Below are positions 10,426 to 20,300 of a stretch of DNA of 27,331 nt, piece after piece. The stretch is from a virus. Its lineage: Duplodnaviria > Caudoviricetes. A program made the position numbers and the translations under genes. Below the pieces are notes generated by a model. That model was not told the origin of the DNA. It saw only the letters and a list, made by a program, of their open reading frames with translations, and did no database searches. Where the stretch lies: IMG/VR virus record IMGVR_UViG_3300005805_000377, positions 1-27,331 of that record, one strand, 5' to 3'. Numbering within the stretch: the first letter of the stretch is position 1; each line of letters starts with the position of its first letter.

Positions 10426-11136
10426 ATGGCATTCTACTCACACAGTGATTTAATACAGCGGACTATCGTCCGTCTACGGCAGGTAGCAGGCCCTAGCACA
10501 CAGTTGTATGCTGAGGATGCTATTGGCATGTTGATTGAAGAAACGTATGAGCTAGTGCGCTCACGTAGATGGTGGGACAATCTCACTAAATGGGAGACTA
10601 GGCAACTAAATGGTAGTACAGGACTCTGTACAGCAGCGTTCATTGGAACACGTGAGGGGTTCCGTGATGTGGATCGCGTGTGCTACGGTAGTAACAGTAC
10701 TCCACTGCCTATTCTATCTAGCAATATCAATCCTTACAGACTTACTGGAACGTCACCACGTTATGTAGAACCACTACATGCGTCAGATGATGTACAAGGC
10801 TGGGCACCTGCGGGACAGAACCTGTTTCGTGTATGGCCATTAACGGCTACTACGTCCGTTGCACAACCATTACGCATTCATATCCGCTTAGACCCTGTTG
10901 ATCTGTTCACCGATCCATCAGTGATTGTACCATTCGATGCTTCATGCCTCATTAACGGCGCCGCTGCGAAGTACGCAGCAGATGATGGCACTAACCCTGC
11001 TACTGTAACTATGTTACAGCAGTCATTCGAGAATAGGCTACAGCAGTTAGAACAGCAGCATGACAGTGCTAAATTGATCCTTGATCCACGGATGAATGAT
11101 CCTATGCTACTCAATGAGTGGGTGGAGGGTCACTGA
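10426..11136 (+). CDS. Putative head-tail adaptor (tail tubular protein A-like)
   Basis: 236 aa with AGGAG SD. Its size and position before the nozzle-like gene fit podovirus gene order. Confidence 0.6.
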   Translation: MAFYSHSDLIQRTIVRLRQVAGPSTQLYAEDAIGMLIEETYELVRSRRWWDNLTKWETRQLNGSTGLCTAAFIGTREGFRDVDRVCYGSNSTPLPILSSNINPYRLTGTSPRYVEPLHASDDVQGWAPAGQNLFRVWPLTATTSVAQPLRIHIRLDPVDLFTDPSVIVPFDASCLINGAAAKYAADDGTNPATVTMLQQSFENRLQQLEQQHDSAKLILDPRMNDPMLLNEWVEGH

Positions 11137-12818
11137 TGCGTAAGATTAAGCTACCTGCTGTAGATAAGCTACAAGCTGCTGTAGCACGGGACTTCCGTGG
11201 AGGGTTGAACACATTCGACTCTCCACTGAACTTGAATAGTAAGTATCTCACTGACGTACGCAATCTGTACCCAGATAGTAATGGTAAACTGTCTGTACGC
11301 TACGGTACGTCACCATTTGCTGATGTTGAGGAAGATCAGGCTACCACTGCTGCGATTGATGAAATCATAGGCATGGAGTACTATGCTGGTGCGCTCGTAG
11401 TTGTAGGAGCCAATGGTAAGATTGTTACTGTAGACGCCTCTGGCGTTGTAAACCTGCGGTGGAGCACTGCTATTGCAGCATTACTTCCCGGTGCCCCAGC
11501 AGGCTGGACTAATCCTATCACATACACATCGTTCACACAGTTTGCTGGACAGCTTATCATCTGCAATGGTGTAGATAAGCCAGTGACTATGGATGAACTG
11601 TACGCAGTGACGTATGTACAGGACCCTGTATCAGGGACTAATACTAATACGCCACGTGCGAAGTATTGTACTACACACGATGGCCATCTAGTGCTGGCTG
11701 TCACTCCCACGGATACATACACTGTCTACGTCAGTGGACAAGGTGTTACATCGTTCGATCCTGATGCAAGCACCAATGGTGCTAACATGGACACGTCCAT
11801 TTACATTGACCGTGGTGTCCCTGTTATCACAGGATTAGCTACGTACCGTGATCGACTGGTAGTTACCTACCAAGAGGCAATCCTTGCTATACAGTTCATC
11901 CTTCCCACTTCCGCTCCTGTAGAGTTCGATGTAACTGATATTGTCAGTGGCTACGGTGCCGTAAGCCATAAGGCTATTACTGTCATCGGCGATGACATGT
12001 TAGTGCTAGACACTAGTGGTGTCATCAGCATTAAGCGCACGGCATTAGGTACTGACTTCATCCCTGAGCCAGCTAGTTCACTCATCAATACTGATGTACA
12101 GCGTGCATTAGCACGGTTCAGTAACACACAGTTAACTGAACACGTGTTCAGCGTCCATGATCGCATAGCGCATCAGATACAGTTCTTCATCCCTGTCATT
12201 GACACGGTGACAGCTACTACGCAGAATGACGTATTCGTCTATTGCTATGACAAGTCACAGTGGTTCAAGGCATGGACACGGTACGATGCTATGCCGTACA
12301 GAGCAGCCTGTAGGACTACAGAAGGTCGCGTCTTCTACGGTGCAGGTACATCAGTGCGTTATTATCATAACGCTTATGAACCTCAGTATACCGATGCAGG
12401 CGCCATTGGACAGCAGAACTGGGACGACGGTGACGCATGGGACGATGGCACAGGATGGGAAGAAGGTACAGAGGACCTGCCGATTAACTTCTACATGAAC
12501 ATGCCATGGGCGGACTTCAAGCAGCCATTGAATAACAAGATGAGTAAGTACGTATCTACATTCAGTGAGGGCACTGGCAGCTATACAGTAGACATGTACA
12601 TAGATGAGTTCACTACTCCATCACTGTCCATGTTCTTCATGCAAGAGAGTGGCCCACATGCTGCATCGTATGAACATCGTCCACCGAATAATGAACAGTT
12701 ATACGCTTGGCCACAGAAGTTCATGCGTATGCGCTTCCGTATCAGTGGCAGTACCTCTAGCGCATTCAGCATCATTGCTGTAGGTATTCTATACCTCACT
12801 GGCTCAGTTAGGAGATAA
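11136..12818 (+). CDS. Putative tail nozzle / stabilisation protein (tail tubular protein B / P22 gp10-like)
   Basis: About 560 aa, beta-rich, with N-terminal 'DFRGGLNT' and 'NLYPDSNGKLSVRYG' motifs typical of this family. Start at ATG 11136 (TGATG overlap, GGAGG SD). Confidence 0.75.
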   Translation: MRKIKLPAVDKLQAAVARDFRGGLNTFDSPLNLNSKYLTDVRNLYPDSNGKLSVRYGTSPFADVEEDQATTAAIDEIIGMEYYAGALVVVGANGKIVTVDASGVVNLRWSTAIAALLPGAPAGWTNPITYTSFTQFAGQLIICNGVDKPVTMDELYAVTYVQDPVSGTNTNTPRAKYCTTHDGHLVLAVTPTDTYTVYVSGQGVTSFDPDASTNGANMDTSIYIDRGVPVITGLATYRDRLVVTYQEAILAIQFILPTSAPVEFDVTDIVSGYGAVSHKAITVIGDDMLVLDTSGVISIKRTALGTDFIPEPASSLINTDVQRALARFSNTQLTEHVFSVHDRIAHQIQFFIPVIDTVTATTQNDVFVYCYDKSQWFKAWTRYDAMPYRAACRTTEGRVFYGAGTSVRYYHNAYEPQYTDAGAIGQQNWDDGDAWDDGTGWEEGTEDLPINFYMNMPWADFKQPLNNKMSKYVSTFSEGTGSYTVDMYIDEFTTPSLSMFFMQESGPHAASYEHRPPNNEQLYAWPQKFMRMRFRISGSTSSAFSIIAVGILYLTGSVRR

Positions 12819-12820
12819 CA

Positions 12821-13552
12821 ATGACAAGTGCCATTGATCCAAACTTCATCACTACTGATCCAGTCAGTAAGAGTGGAATGCGTACGCAGCTACAGACTGC
12901 GAAGGATGAAATCAGTGCATTGCAGACTAGCGCTACTACATTAAGTAGTGCTAAGTTTGATAAGGCTGGCGGCACCATTACTGGTGACATTTGGCAATCT
13001 AAAGCTAGCCCAGCATTCACATTTCGTAGAAGTGCTGCTGGGCAGAATGTGTCTCTGACATCGCAGATAGGCACTGCTACACGTTGGGCACTACTCTTTG
13101 GTAATGCTACCGCGGAGAGTGGTTTTAATGTAGGCAGTGATATCGTACTCAGCCGTTATTCTGATGCAGGAGCATTGCTTGCTGCTGTCTTTACTATCAC
13201 ACGTTCTACAGGTGTAGTTGCATTTACTGAGTCTCCTACAGGACCCACACGTGCGATTGGTAATGATACCACTAGCTTAGCTACCACAGCATTCGTACAG
13301 AATGAATTAGATCAACAGATCAGGCGTGGCATAGGCACCACTACCAACGGTGTTGGTAGTGTGACTATCTCACCTGCGTTTAGTACATCTATTGATAACA
13401 TTCAGCTTACTGTAGCTGCTGGTAGTGGTGCATTAACTGCTGGTGCAGCTATTCCACTAGTCGTAGGAGCTACTCCTACTACCGCAGGCTTCAATGTCTA
13501 CGGTGACGTAACACAGTCAGTGAGCTTCTATTGGGTAGCAGTAGGTAGATAA
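12821..13552 (+). CDS. Short tail fibre protein
   Basis: 'KAGGTITGD' and 'PTRAIGNDTTSLATTAFVQ' tail-fibre motifs, C-terminal 'FYWVAVG' ending, AGGAG SD. Confidence 0.7.
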   Translation: MTSAIDPNFITTDPVSKSGMRTQLQTAKDEISALQTSATTLSSAKFDKAGGTITGDIWQSKASPAFTFRRSAAGQNVSLTSQIGTATRWALLFGNATAESGFNVGSDIVLSRYSDAGALLAAVFTITRSTGVVAFTESPTGPTRAIGNDTTSLATTAFVQNELDQQIRRGIGTTTNGVGSVTISPAFSTSIDNIQLTVAAGSGALTAGAAIPLVVGATPTTAGFNVYGDVTQSVSFYWVAVGR

Positions 13553-13588
13553 GAAACGAGTAGAAACGATGGACGGGACGACACTGTA

Positions 13589-13837
13589 ATGTCAGACGAT
13601 CTTGAAAGTAGGTTACGTGCTACGGAACGGCGTTTAGATACGCATGAAGCAATCTGCGGTGAGCGGTACAATAGTATCATTACTAATGGCAAGGAGTTAA
13701 CTGACAATGTTAAGACATTACACTCTGCTCTACAGAAGCGCATCGACTATTTAATAGTCGGCATAGTACTGCTCGCATTTGTAATGGCAGTAGGGCCAGA
13801 GATCGCAGAGCGATTGCTCGGTGGTATTGCGAAGTAG
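13589..13837 (+). CDS. Small coiled-coil membrane protein, holin-like
   Basis: 82 aa: coiled coil with 'HEAICGERY', then one hydrophobic helix (YLIVGIVLLAFVMAVG). Confidence 0.55.
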   Translation: MSDDLESRLRATERRLDTHEAICGERYNSIITNGKELTDNVKTLHSALQKRIDYLIVGIVLLAFVMAVGPEIAERLLGGIAK

Positions 13838-13840
13838 CAG

Positions 13841-13887
13841 TAGTACTGATGCGATTGCGTGCTATGTTTGTGATTTCATCAGTACTA
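13841..13887. repeat. Inverted repeat / long hairpin just after the holin-like gene
   Basis: TAGTACTGATG (13841-13851) and CATCAGTACTA (13877-13887) are perfect 11-bp complements. The stem extends inward with G-U pairs on the plus-strand RNA. Confidence 0.75.
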
Positions 13888-13926
13888 TTATCAACTCTGT
13901 TGACTCCCCCCTCTCGCTTTTACTAT

Positions 13927-13955
13927 ATAGCAAGATAACATATTTATCTTGCTAT
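13927..13955. promoter_or_regulatory. Palindromic operator-like site
   Basis: ATAGCAAGATAA-CATAT-TTATCTTGCTAT is a perfect 12-bp inverted repeat with a 5-bp spacer. Confidence 0.7.
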
Positions 13956-13960
13956 GTCAA
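13932..13960 (-). promoter_or_regulatory. Sigma70-type promoter, antisense to the structural operon
   Basis: The minus strand reads TTGACA-N17-TATCTT with an extended -10 TGn (TGT TATCTT). Confidence 0.7.
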
Positions 13961-14041
13961 TCCCCTCTGTGGTATAAACTGCCTAATCCATAGGCATCTA
14001 GGCCATATTTCAGGCCCAGTAACAAAAGTTGATGAGGCACC

Positions 14042-14488
14042 ATGCTGGTCCGGCCCCTGCGGTTCTCTGATGGATACGAGTGTATACGCTTAGGTAAGCT
14101 GATGCACGCAGAGAGTAAGTATGCACACATACCGTTCAGTGAGGACAGTGTGTGGCATATGATGTATGCCGTAGCTAAGGACGCTGTGCGTGGATGGTGT
14201 GTTGAGTCGCAGGATGCGAGGCTACAGGGGCTAATTGCTATCAGTACTACGCCGTACTACTTCTCTGAACTAATCACTGCTAGTGACTTAGCATTCTTCG
14301 TACCCGAACGTGATCCACGTATCACATTCGCATTGATGAATGCGGCTGAGACATGGTGTCAACAGAATGGTATTCATTCACTTACACTAGGTGTGACTGC
14401 GCCTGCTGAGACGTTACCGATTGGTAAAGTGTACGAACGTAAAGGCTACGCACGTTGGGGTGAAGTATACCGTAAGGAGTTTGTGTAA
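14042..14488 (+). CDS. GNAT-family acetyltransferase-like protein
   Basis: 148 aa with 'VRPLRFSD', 'ALMNAAETWCQQNGIHSLTLGV' and 'VYERKGY' GNAT patterns. Precedes the internal-virion genes as in many podoviruses. Confidence 0.8.
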   Translation: MLVRPLRFSDGYECIRLGKLMHAESKYAHIPFSEDSVWHMMYAVAKDAVRGWCVESQDARLQGLIAISTTPYYFSELITASDLAFFVPERDPRITFALMNAAETWCQQNGIHSLTLGVTAPAETLPIGKVYERKGYARWGEVYRKEFV

Positions 14489-15429
14489 TGTGTGGTAGCG
14501 GCGGCAGTAGTGGTATTTATATACCTCCTGAGGATAATACTCTAGAGCTAGAGCGTATGCGTCAAGAAGAAGCTAACCGTAATCGTATCCGTGAGGATGA
14601 GAGAGCGGCACAGCTAAGGGCTGAGCAGGAAGCAGCATTCAGCACGAATGTTAACAACGCAGAGACAAGTGCTCGTAACCGTGCACAGCGTGCACTGGCG
14701 CAGCGTGGACTTAATCCACAGGATTATATGAGCCTCATTAATAGTGCCATTGCTGACCAGAGCTTCATGGTGCCGCATCGTGATCCGAACCCTGCACAGT
14801 ATTACACTGATGACTTCATCAACAATGTGTTAATGAATGAACAAGCTGGTAAGCGTAGTCAGTACATCCGTGATGTAGACAAAGTGTACTCACCGGGGTT
14901 CGAGAATAATCTTATCCAAGATACAGTCGATGATCCGTATATCATGGATGTATTGAACACGCAGCGTACTGCTGCACAGCAGCAGCTAGACCGTGCTAAG
15001 GCACGTGGTAATCTCGATACCACAGGTTACAGCGGTGCGTTGTCACGTCTCGATGAGATGTTCAAAGCAGGCACTGCTACAGGACAGAAGCTAGGTGGTT
15101 CTGTGTTACAGGGCTACAAGGAGAGGCTCCGTGGTATCGGTGATACCGCACGTGCAGACGCAGGACGCTATGAGTTAGGTGGATCATTCGATCCGAATGT
15201 ATATCACACACAACGTGATAACACGTTCAAGGATATTACAACTAATCTAGAAGGCGATCTACGCGGCGCGTTGAGTGGCACTAACTTCTTCGATATCGGT
15301 GATATCATCACACAAGGTGGCATTGCACAAGGTGCAACTAATCCACGACTGGAACAGCCTGCTATCCTTGCGCAGCGTAAAGAGAAGCAGGATGCACAGC
15401 GTGGCCTAGGTGGACAGGGGACATTCTGA
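14488..15429 (+). CDS. Putative internal virion (ejection) protein
   Basis: Starts 'MCGSGGSSG', typical of the protein following the GNAT in podoviruses. Helical and Q/R-rich. Confidence 0.6.
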   Translation: MCGSGGSSGIYIPPEDNTLELERMRQEEANRNRIREDERAAQLRAEQEAAFSTNVNNAETSARNRAQRALAQRGLNPQDYMSLINSAIADQSFMVPHRDPNPAQYYTDDFINNVLMNEQAGKRSQYIRDVDKVYSPGFENNLIQDTVDDPYIMDVLNTQRTAAQQQLDRAKARGNLDTTGYSGALSRLDEMFKAGTATGQKLGGSVLQGYKERLRGIGDTARADAGRYELGGSFDPNVYHTQRDNTFKDITTNLEGDLRGALSGTNFFDIGDIITQGGIAQGATNPRLEQPAILAQRKEKQDAQRGLGGQGTF

Positions 15430-16439
15430 TGTTTGAAGCAATCGCCGCAGGTGTGGGTGCATTAGGTGGATTAGCTAGTGGCATTGGCAGCATTTTTGGT
15501 TCTAGGAATAAGTCTAAGGTAGACACCGCAGCAATCGCTGCACAAAATGATATCAACTTCCGTAACTACTACTTACAGCGACAGATCGCTGCTAGACAGC
15601 AGGAGATGGCACAGGCTGGCACACGCGATGCACGTGGTGATGTAACTGAATACGTCCCAGGTGTGGGATGGGTTAGTCGTCCGACGGATACCACACGTGG
15701 TATCATCAGTGCTAGTGATAATGAGGAGCGCACCCGTCTCACACGTGATGCTATTCAGCAACGACTACAACGTGGCAACCAGTTTGATCGTCAGCTACGT
15801 GAAGGTGCTGATGCTGATGTACAACGTACTGACGCAGGCGTAGGTCGTCAGACACTGGATGATATCCGTGGTACACTGATTGCACGCAATGCTGCTAGAG
15901 CCAACTCTGGCAGGCTGAATGCTGCGTCTACTGTAGGTATCCGTTCACTACAAGGTGCAAGTGGTGCTGATGCTATCCGTGAGATGAGCCGTACCGCGGC
16001 TCCTGACTTACGTACTGCTATCACAGAAGCAGAGGCTGACTCTAATCCAGAGTTTGAAGCACGCCGTGCTGGTCGTGAAGGTAATTCACTGAACAGGTAC
16101 AATGTACTAGCAGGACGTGCTACTACACCTGTTGGGCAACAGTCTGCTGTCACTGACATTGACAACAACCTGTCCTCGCTGCTAGCTAATCGTAGCTATG
16201 CAGGCACCATGGGGATGCAAGGTGTAGGACGGGGCATGACGCCGTTTGAGGTTAAGAGTATGCCTACTTCAAACTACGGTTTGGATATCAGTAACATATC
16301 CAATGCAGTACAAGGTGGCATTAAGTCTGCATCAGAGAGTGCATGGTTGCGTAATCTATTTGGTGACCCTGGTAGTCGTAACTACACCTCTCCTGCATCA
16401 TTCGTGAGTGCTGACGGTCGCCACGTAGGAGGCACCTAA
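15429..16439 (+). CDS. Putative DNA ejection/pilot protein
   Basis: Gly/Ala-rich hydrophobic N-terminus (AIAAGVGALGGLASGIGSIFG) followed by a Q/R-rich helical region. Confidence 0.6.
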   Translation: MFEAIAAGVGALGGLASGIGSIFGSRNKSKVDTAAIAAQNDINFRNYYLQRQIAARQQEMAQAGTRDARGDVTEYVPGVGWVSRPTDTTRGIISASDNEERTRLTRDAIQQRLQRGNQFDRQLREGADADVQRTDAGVGRQTLDDIRGTLIARNAARANSGRLNAASTVGIRSLQGASGADAIREMSRTAAPDLRTAITEAEADSNPEFEARRAGREGNSLNRYNVLAGRATTPVGQQSAVTDIDNNLSSLLANRSYAGTMGMQGVGRGMTPFEVKSMPTSNYGLDISNISNAVQGGIKSASESAWLRNLFGDPGSRNYTSPASFVSADGRHVGGT

Positions 16440-16440
16440 G

Positions 16441-17334
16441 ATGGCTAACGCATCTTCACTGAATACACTATACAGTTTAATCAATGGACCTAATGCCGAT
16501 CGCATCGGTGGGTTCATTTACAATGCACAAGTAGACGACGCTGCTAGACAGCGTGAGGCCACACGTCAGGCTGATGCGAGCATCGCATTAGGCAACAAGC
16601 AAGCTGAATACAGCTTAGCTAGTGCGCTGTCGCGCTCACCTGAGACGGCTGCCATGTTCCAGCCAGGGCGAGAAGTGTTAGCTCCTGATATGCAGGATAT
16701 GGCATATAGTCTGGCACAGAATGTGCCGGGTATGCAGACCGCAGAACTTGCGGGTAAGAAAGCTGACACTACATACAAACTAGCCGCTGCGGGTAATATG
16801 CAACGGTTAGCATCTGGTGGAGGCGGAGGTACTGCTGCGCCTAAAGTTGTTGCAGATGCTACTGATAAAGATCAGGCGCGTATTGTTGCACAATACAGCA
16901 CAGCTATGAATAGTCTTACAACTAGACAGGCTGACTTAGAGAAGTTCGCTGCTAAGCAGTTAACTGAAATTGATGCACAATTAGCAACCAGCCCTTCCGC
17001 TAAAGCTGCGGCTAAAGCCACTGTTCAACGTAATCTGTCTCAACAGATCGCTGGACTTAATGAAGAACGTAATCGTACTACGCAACTGTTTACTCCATTG
17101 ATTAAGAAAGGTGTGCCATCGCCTGCAGGCAGTGCGCCAACTGGCGAGGGTCTCGTGCCGCCTACGGCCGCGCCACAGGCTAGTACAACTGCCGCACCGC
17201 AACCATCTGCTGAACGTGATCTACGCTTATCACAGCTTAAGGCAGCCTTACCTAAGGCTACTCCTGAGCAGCGTACCAAGATGCTTGGCATGGCAGCACA
17301 GTATGGTATTACACCAGAGGATTTAGCTAAGTGA
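16441..17334 (+). CDS. Putative internal virion protein
   Basis: 297 aa, Ala/Gln-rich coiled coil, located within the ejection gene cluster. Confidence 0.55.
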   Translation: MANASSLNTLYSLINGPNADRIGGFIYNAQVDDAARQREATRQADASIALGNKQAEYSLASALSRSPETAAMFQPGREVLAPDMQDMAYSLAQNVPGMQTAELAGKKADTTYKLAAAGNMQRLASGGGGGTAAPKVVADATDKDQARIVAQYSTAMNSLTTRQADLEKFAAKQLTEIDAQLATSPSAKAAAKATVQRNLSQQIAGLNEERNRTTQLFTPLIKKGVPSPAGSAPTGEGLVPPTAAPQASTTAAPQPSAERDLRLSQLKAALPKATPEQRTKMLGMAAQYGITPEDLAK

Positions 17335-20300
17335 GCGATAATCCATTCGAGAACATTCTCAATGAGAATGACGATCCCTTCGCAGCATTGCTGACTGATG
17401 CAGTTAAGCCTAAGAAAGGTTTAGCTGCATTAGGTGTTCCATTGTATGCACGTGATGCAGTGCGTAGTGTCGCATCTGTGCCGTCTGATGTAGCACGCCT
17501 AGTCGGTATGACTGGTGCAGAGACAATCGGTGATTGGGGTAATCGTACTAACGAATGGATCAATGAGAATATTTCACCCGAAGCACGCTTCGATCAGGAA
17601 CCTGGACGTGCTGCGATCCAGTTAGGCGCACAGGCGCTTATTCCTGTTCCAGGATTAGGCTTGGCTACTGCTGGCGCAAGGATGGCTCCTGGCGCAGCTA
17701 AGGGTGTAGTGCAAGGTCTTGCACGTGGTACAGAGCTAGTCCTCCCTGGGACCGCACCGTTTAGTAAAGGCAATGTAGCATTGAATGCTGCAACTGCTGT
17801 TGGCTTAGGTGCGGGCACAGAGGAACTTGTAGATCAAGCGTATCCGCAACAGGTACCTGTACCGCAGCCTGATCGTGCTGCCGCACCAGAGATTGATGCG
17901 CCACCACGCGTGACTGTGCCTAATGTACAAGGACAAGCTGCTGCTGTGGATGATCCGTTCGCATCACTACTTGATGTAGCCCCAGAGGGTAATCCATATG
18001 CACGGTTTATTGTGGATCAACTACCCTGGGCATTACTTCTCGGTGGAGGCGCAGCAATCACTGCTGCGGCTCGTGGTGGTATGCGTCGTGGTACGGCTGC
18101 TGATGTGGCTAATACGCAAGGTATGACACAGCCTGGGACACCGAATACGATTACATCATCTAATACGATGGGTGAAGGATTAGAAGCGGGTATTTTTAAT
18201 AACTTAGAAACACTTACTAATCGTCTCAACGATGCTGTGAAGGTGGGTAACATCCCACGTGAAGCTGCTGATGCACAGATCAATGCTAACTACATTAACC
18301 TACGTGAAGCAGTGAACAATGACCGCATGTCAGAGTTCATGAACACTGGTATCTTAGATAACACACATCGTGTGGATATCAGTCCTCGGACGATGTTCAA
18401 TGAAGCAGCATTGCTTACACCTGAGCAGCGTACGAAGTGGTCTGATCTAATGGCAGCTGCTGATGAACATGATGTTCGTCAGGAGAACATCGTACGCGGT
18501 AAGATGAGTAACACAGGTGAACCTGATCGTGTAGCACTCGGTGATAAATCATACGCAGAGTTGAAACAACTCATTGCTGACGGACGTGCTGATCCTACGA
18601 TCGCAGCGTTAGAGCAAGCGTACCGTGCTATCAATAACAAAGTGTTAGACTTCGCTGCTGCTCGTGGCACGTTCAGTGTTGATGAAATTGCTGCCATGCG
18701 AGCTAAAGGTCCTAACTATATGCACCGTGTAGTTAAGGATATGACTATCCAACGTAACAACGGTGCAGGTATGCCACTGTCTACAGGTGTAGAGGGTAAC
18801 TCTCCACTCAATGCACGTAGTCGTGCAGAGGACGCAGGTCCATTGCGTATGCAAGACCCTGCATTAGCGATGGAAGACGGCATCCGTCAGACACTAGACT
18901 TCATTCATCGTAATGAAGCAATCAGAGACTTTGCCAAGTCTACAGCTAGTAATATGCTAGACCCTGCTACTGGCACATACGTACCGCGTGGCAATGACAT
19001 TCGCGGTGTAGGACGCATCCTACCTGCATCAGCTAGAGCAGCTGATGGCTACGTAGGCATTAAATTCAATGACGGTGCATCGAAGCTGCAAGTAGAGTTA
19101 GACCAAGGACTCGCTGCTGCGGCTATGCCGTATCCTCGTACAACTGTGCCCATCTTTAATGGGCTACGTATTCTAGAGCAAAACGCTACTACTGGTCTAG
19201 TAGGTGCGTTACTTGGCAACGTACAAGCCTTCGTTAGCACACTGACTAGCGCAGCTACCGCAATGGTAACGGCTCCATCGAAGCTGCGAGCAGGCTACAT
19301 TGATGCTGCTATCCGTAAGATGACAGGTGGCACTGTTAACATTCGTCAGTTAGGTATCACTGATCCTACGTTTGCACTGCAACTAGTTGACTCTGTGATC
19401 CGTGATCTAGGCGCACATACTGCTGCGTCGCTAGCTGACACGTTATCACGTTCTGTGAACAAGAATGGCTACGTAGCCAGGATGCTTGGACCGCAGCGGG
19501 CACAAGACATTGCTACAGCAATGACACGTGCTTATGAAAACTCATGGACGCATTACATGCGTCGTGAGGGATTGCTCAGCCAAGGCATTGCATATGCTGC
19601 TGACAGTCGTCCTACACATACTAACATTGCTAACATGTCAGCAGAATACGCGCAGAGTATGCCGTACGGAGGCAATGCTGCGTCTATCTTCGATGTACGT
19701 AGTAAAGCGCAATTCGATGAATGGATGGCTAAGACTAGCAACCGTGCTATTTCGCCGTCACTGCGTAGGGCATGGCACTTCTATAGCAGAGCATTAGACT
19801 TAATCTCTAACTCTCCGCAGAGTGCACTATTCCGTGCTAACATTAACCACATGGCGGGTAAGGAGAAGGAACTTGTTGGACTAGCACGCACAGTGGTTGG
19901 TGATGCAGCACAGTACGGTGGGTACAAGGGTGTACAAGCTGCTACGTCCATGCTGACGTATCAGAACATTGCTATGCAAGCAGCGCATCAAGTGTTCAAG
20001 TCAGCACAACGTGAGCCGTTGGCCACTGCCGCACGCATGGGCACACTTGGATCAATGTTATCATTGATTATGCTGCATTCAGCTATATCCTCTGATGAGG
20101 AAGCACTGGCTGAAGGTCGTCCTGCTAACTCTGTAGCACACATGGTTACACGTGATGCTAATGACGCCGCACGGTCATTCCGTTTCTACACTGGTAGTGA
20201 GAATCCAGAGGACTCTATCCGCATCCCCATCGACGGTGCGTTGTCACCATTCTTCTCTGCTATCCTAGCAGGACTGACTGAAGCATTCGATGTAACTAAT

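Noticed and set aside
13821-14093. 90-aa plus-strand ORF across the intergenic island
   Set aside because: It overlaps both neighbours, has no clear SD and has atypical composition. The region is better explained as regulatory.
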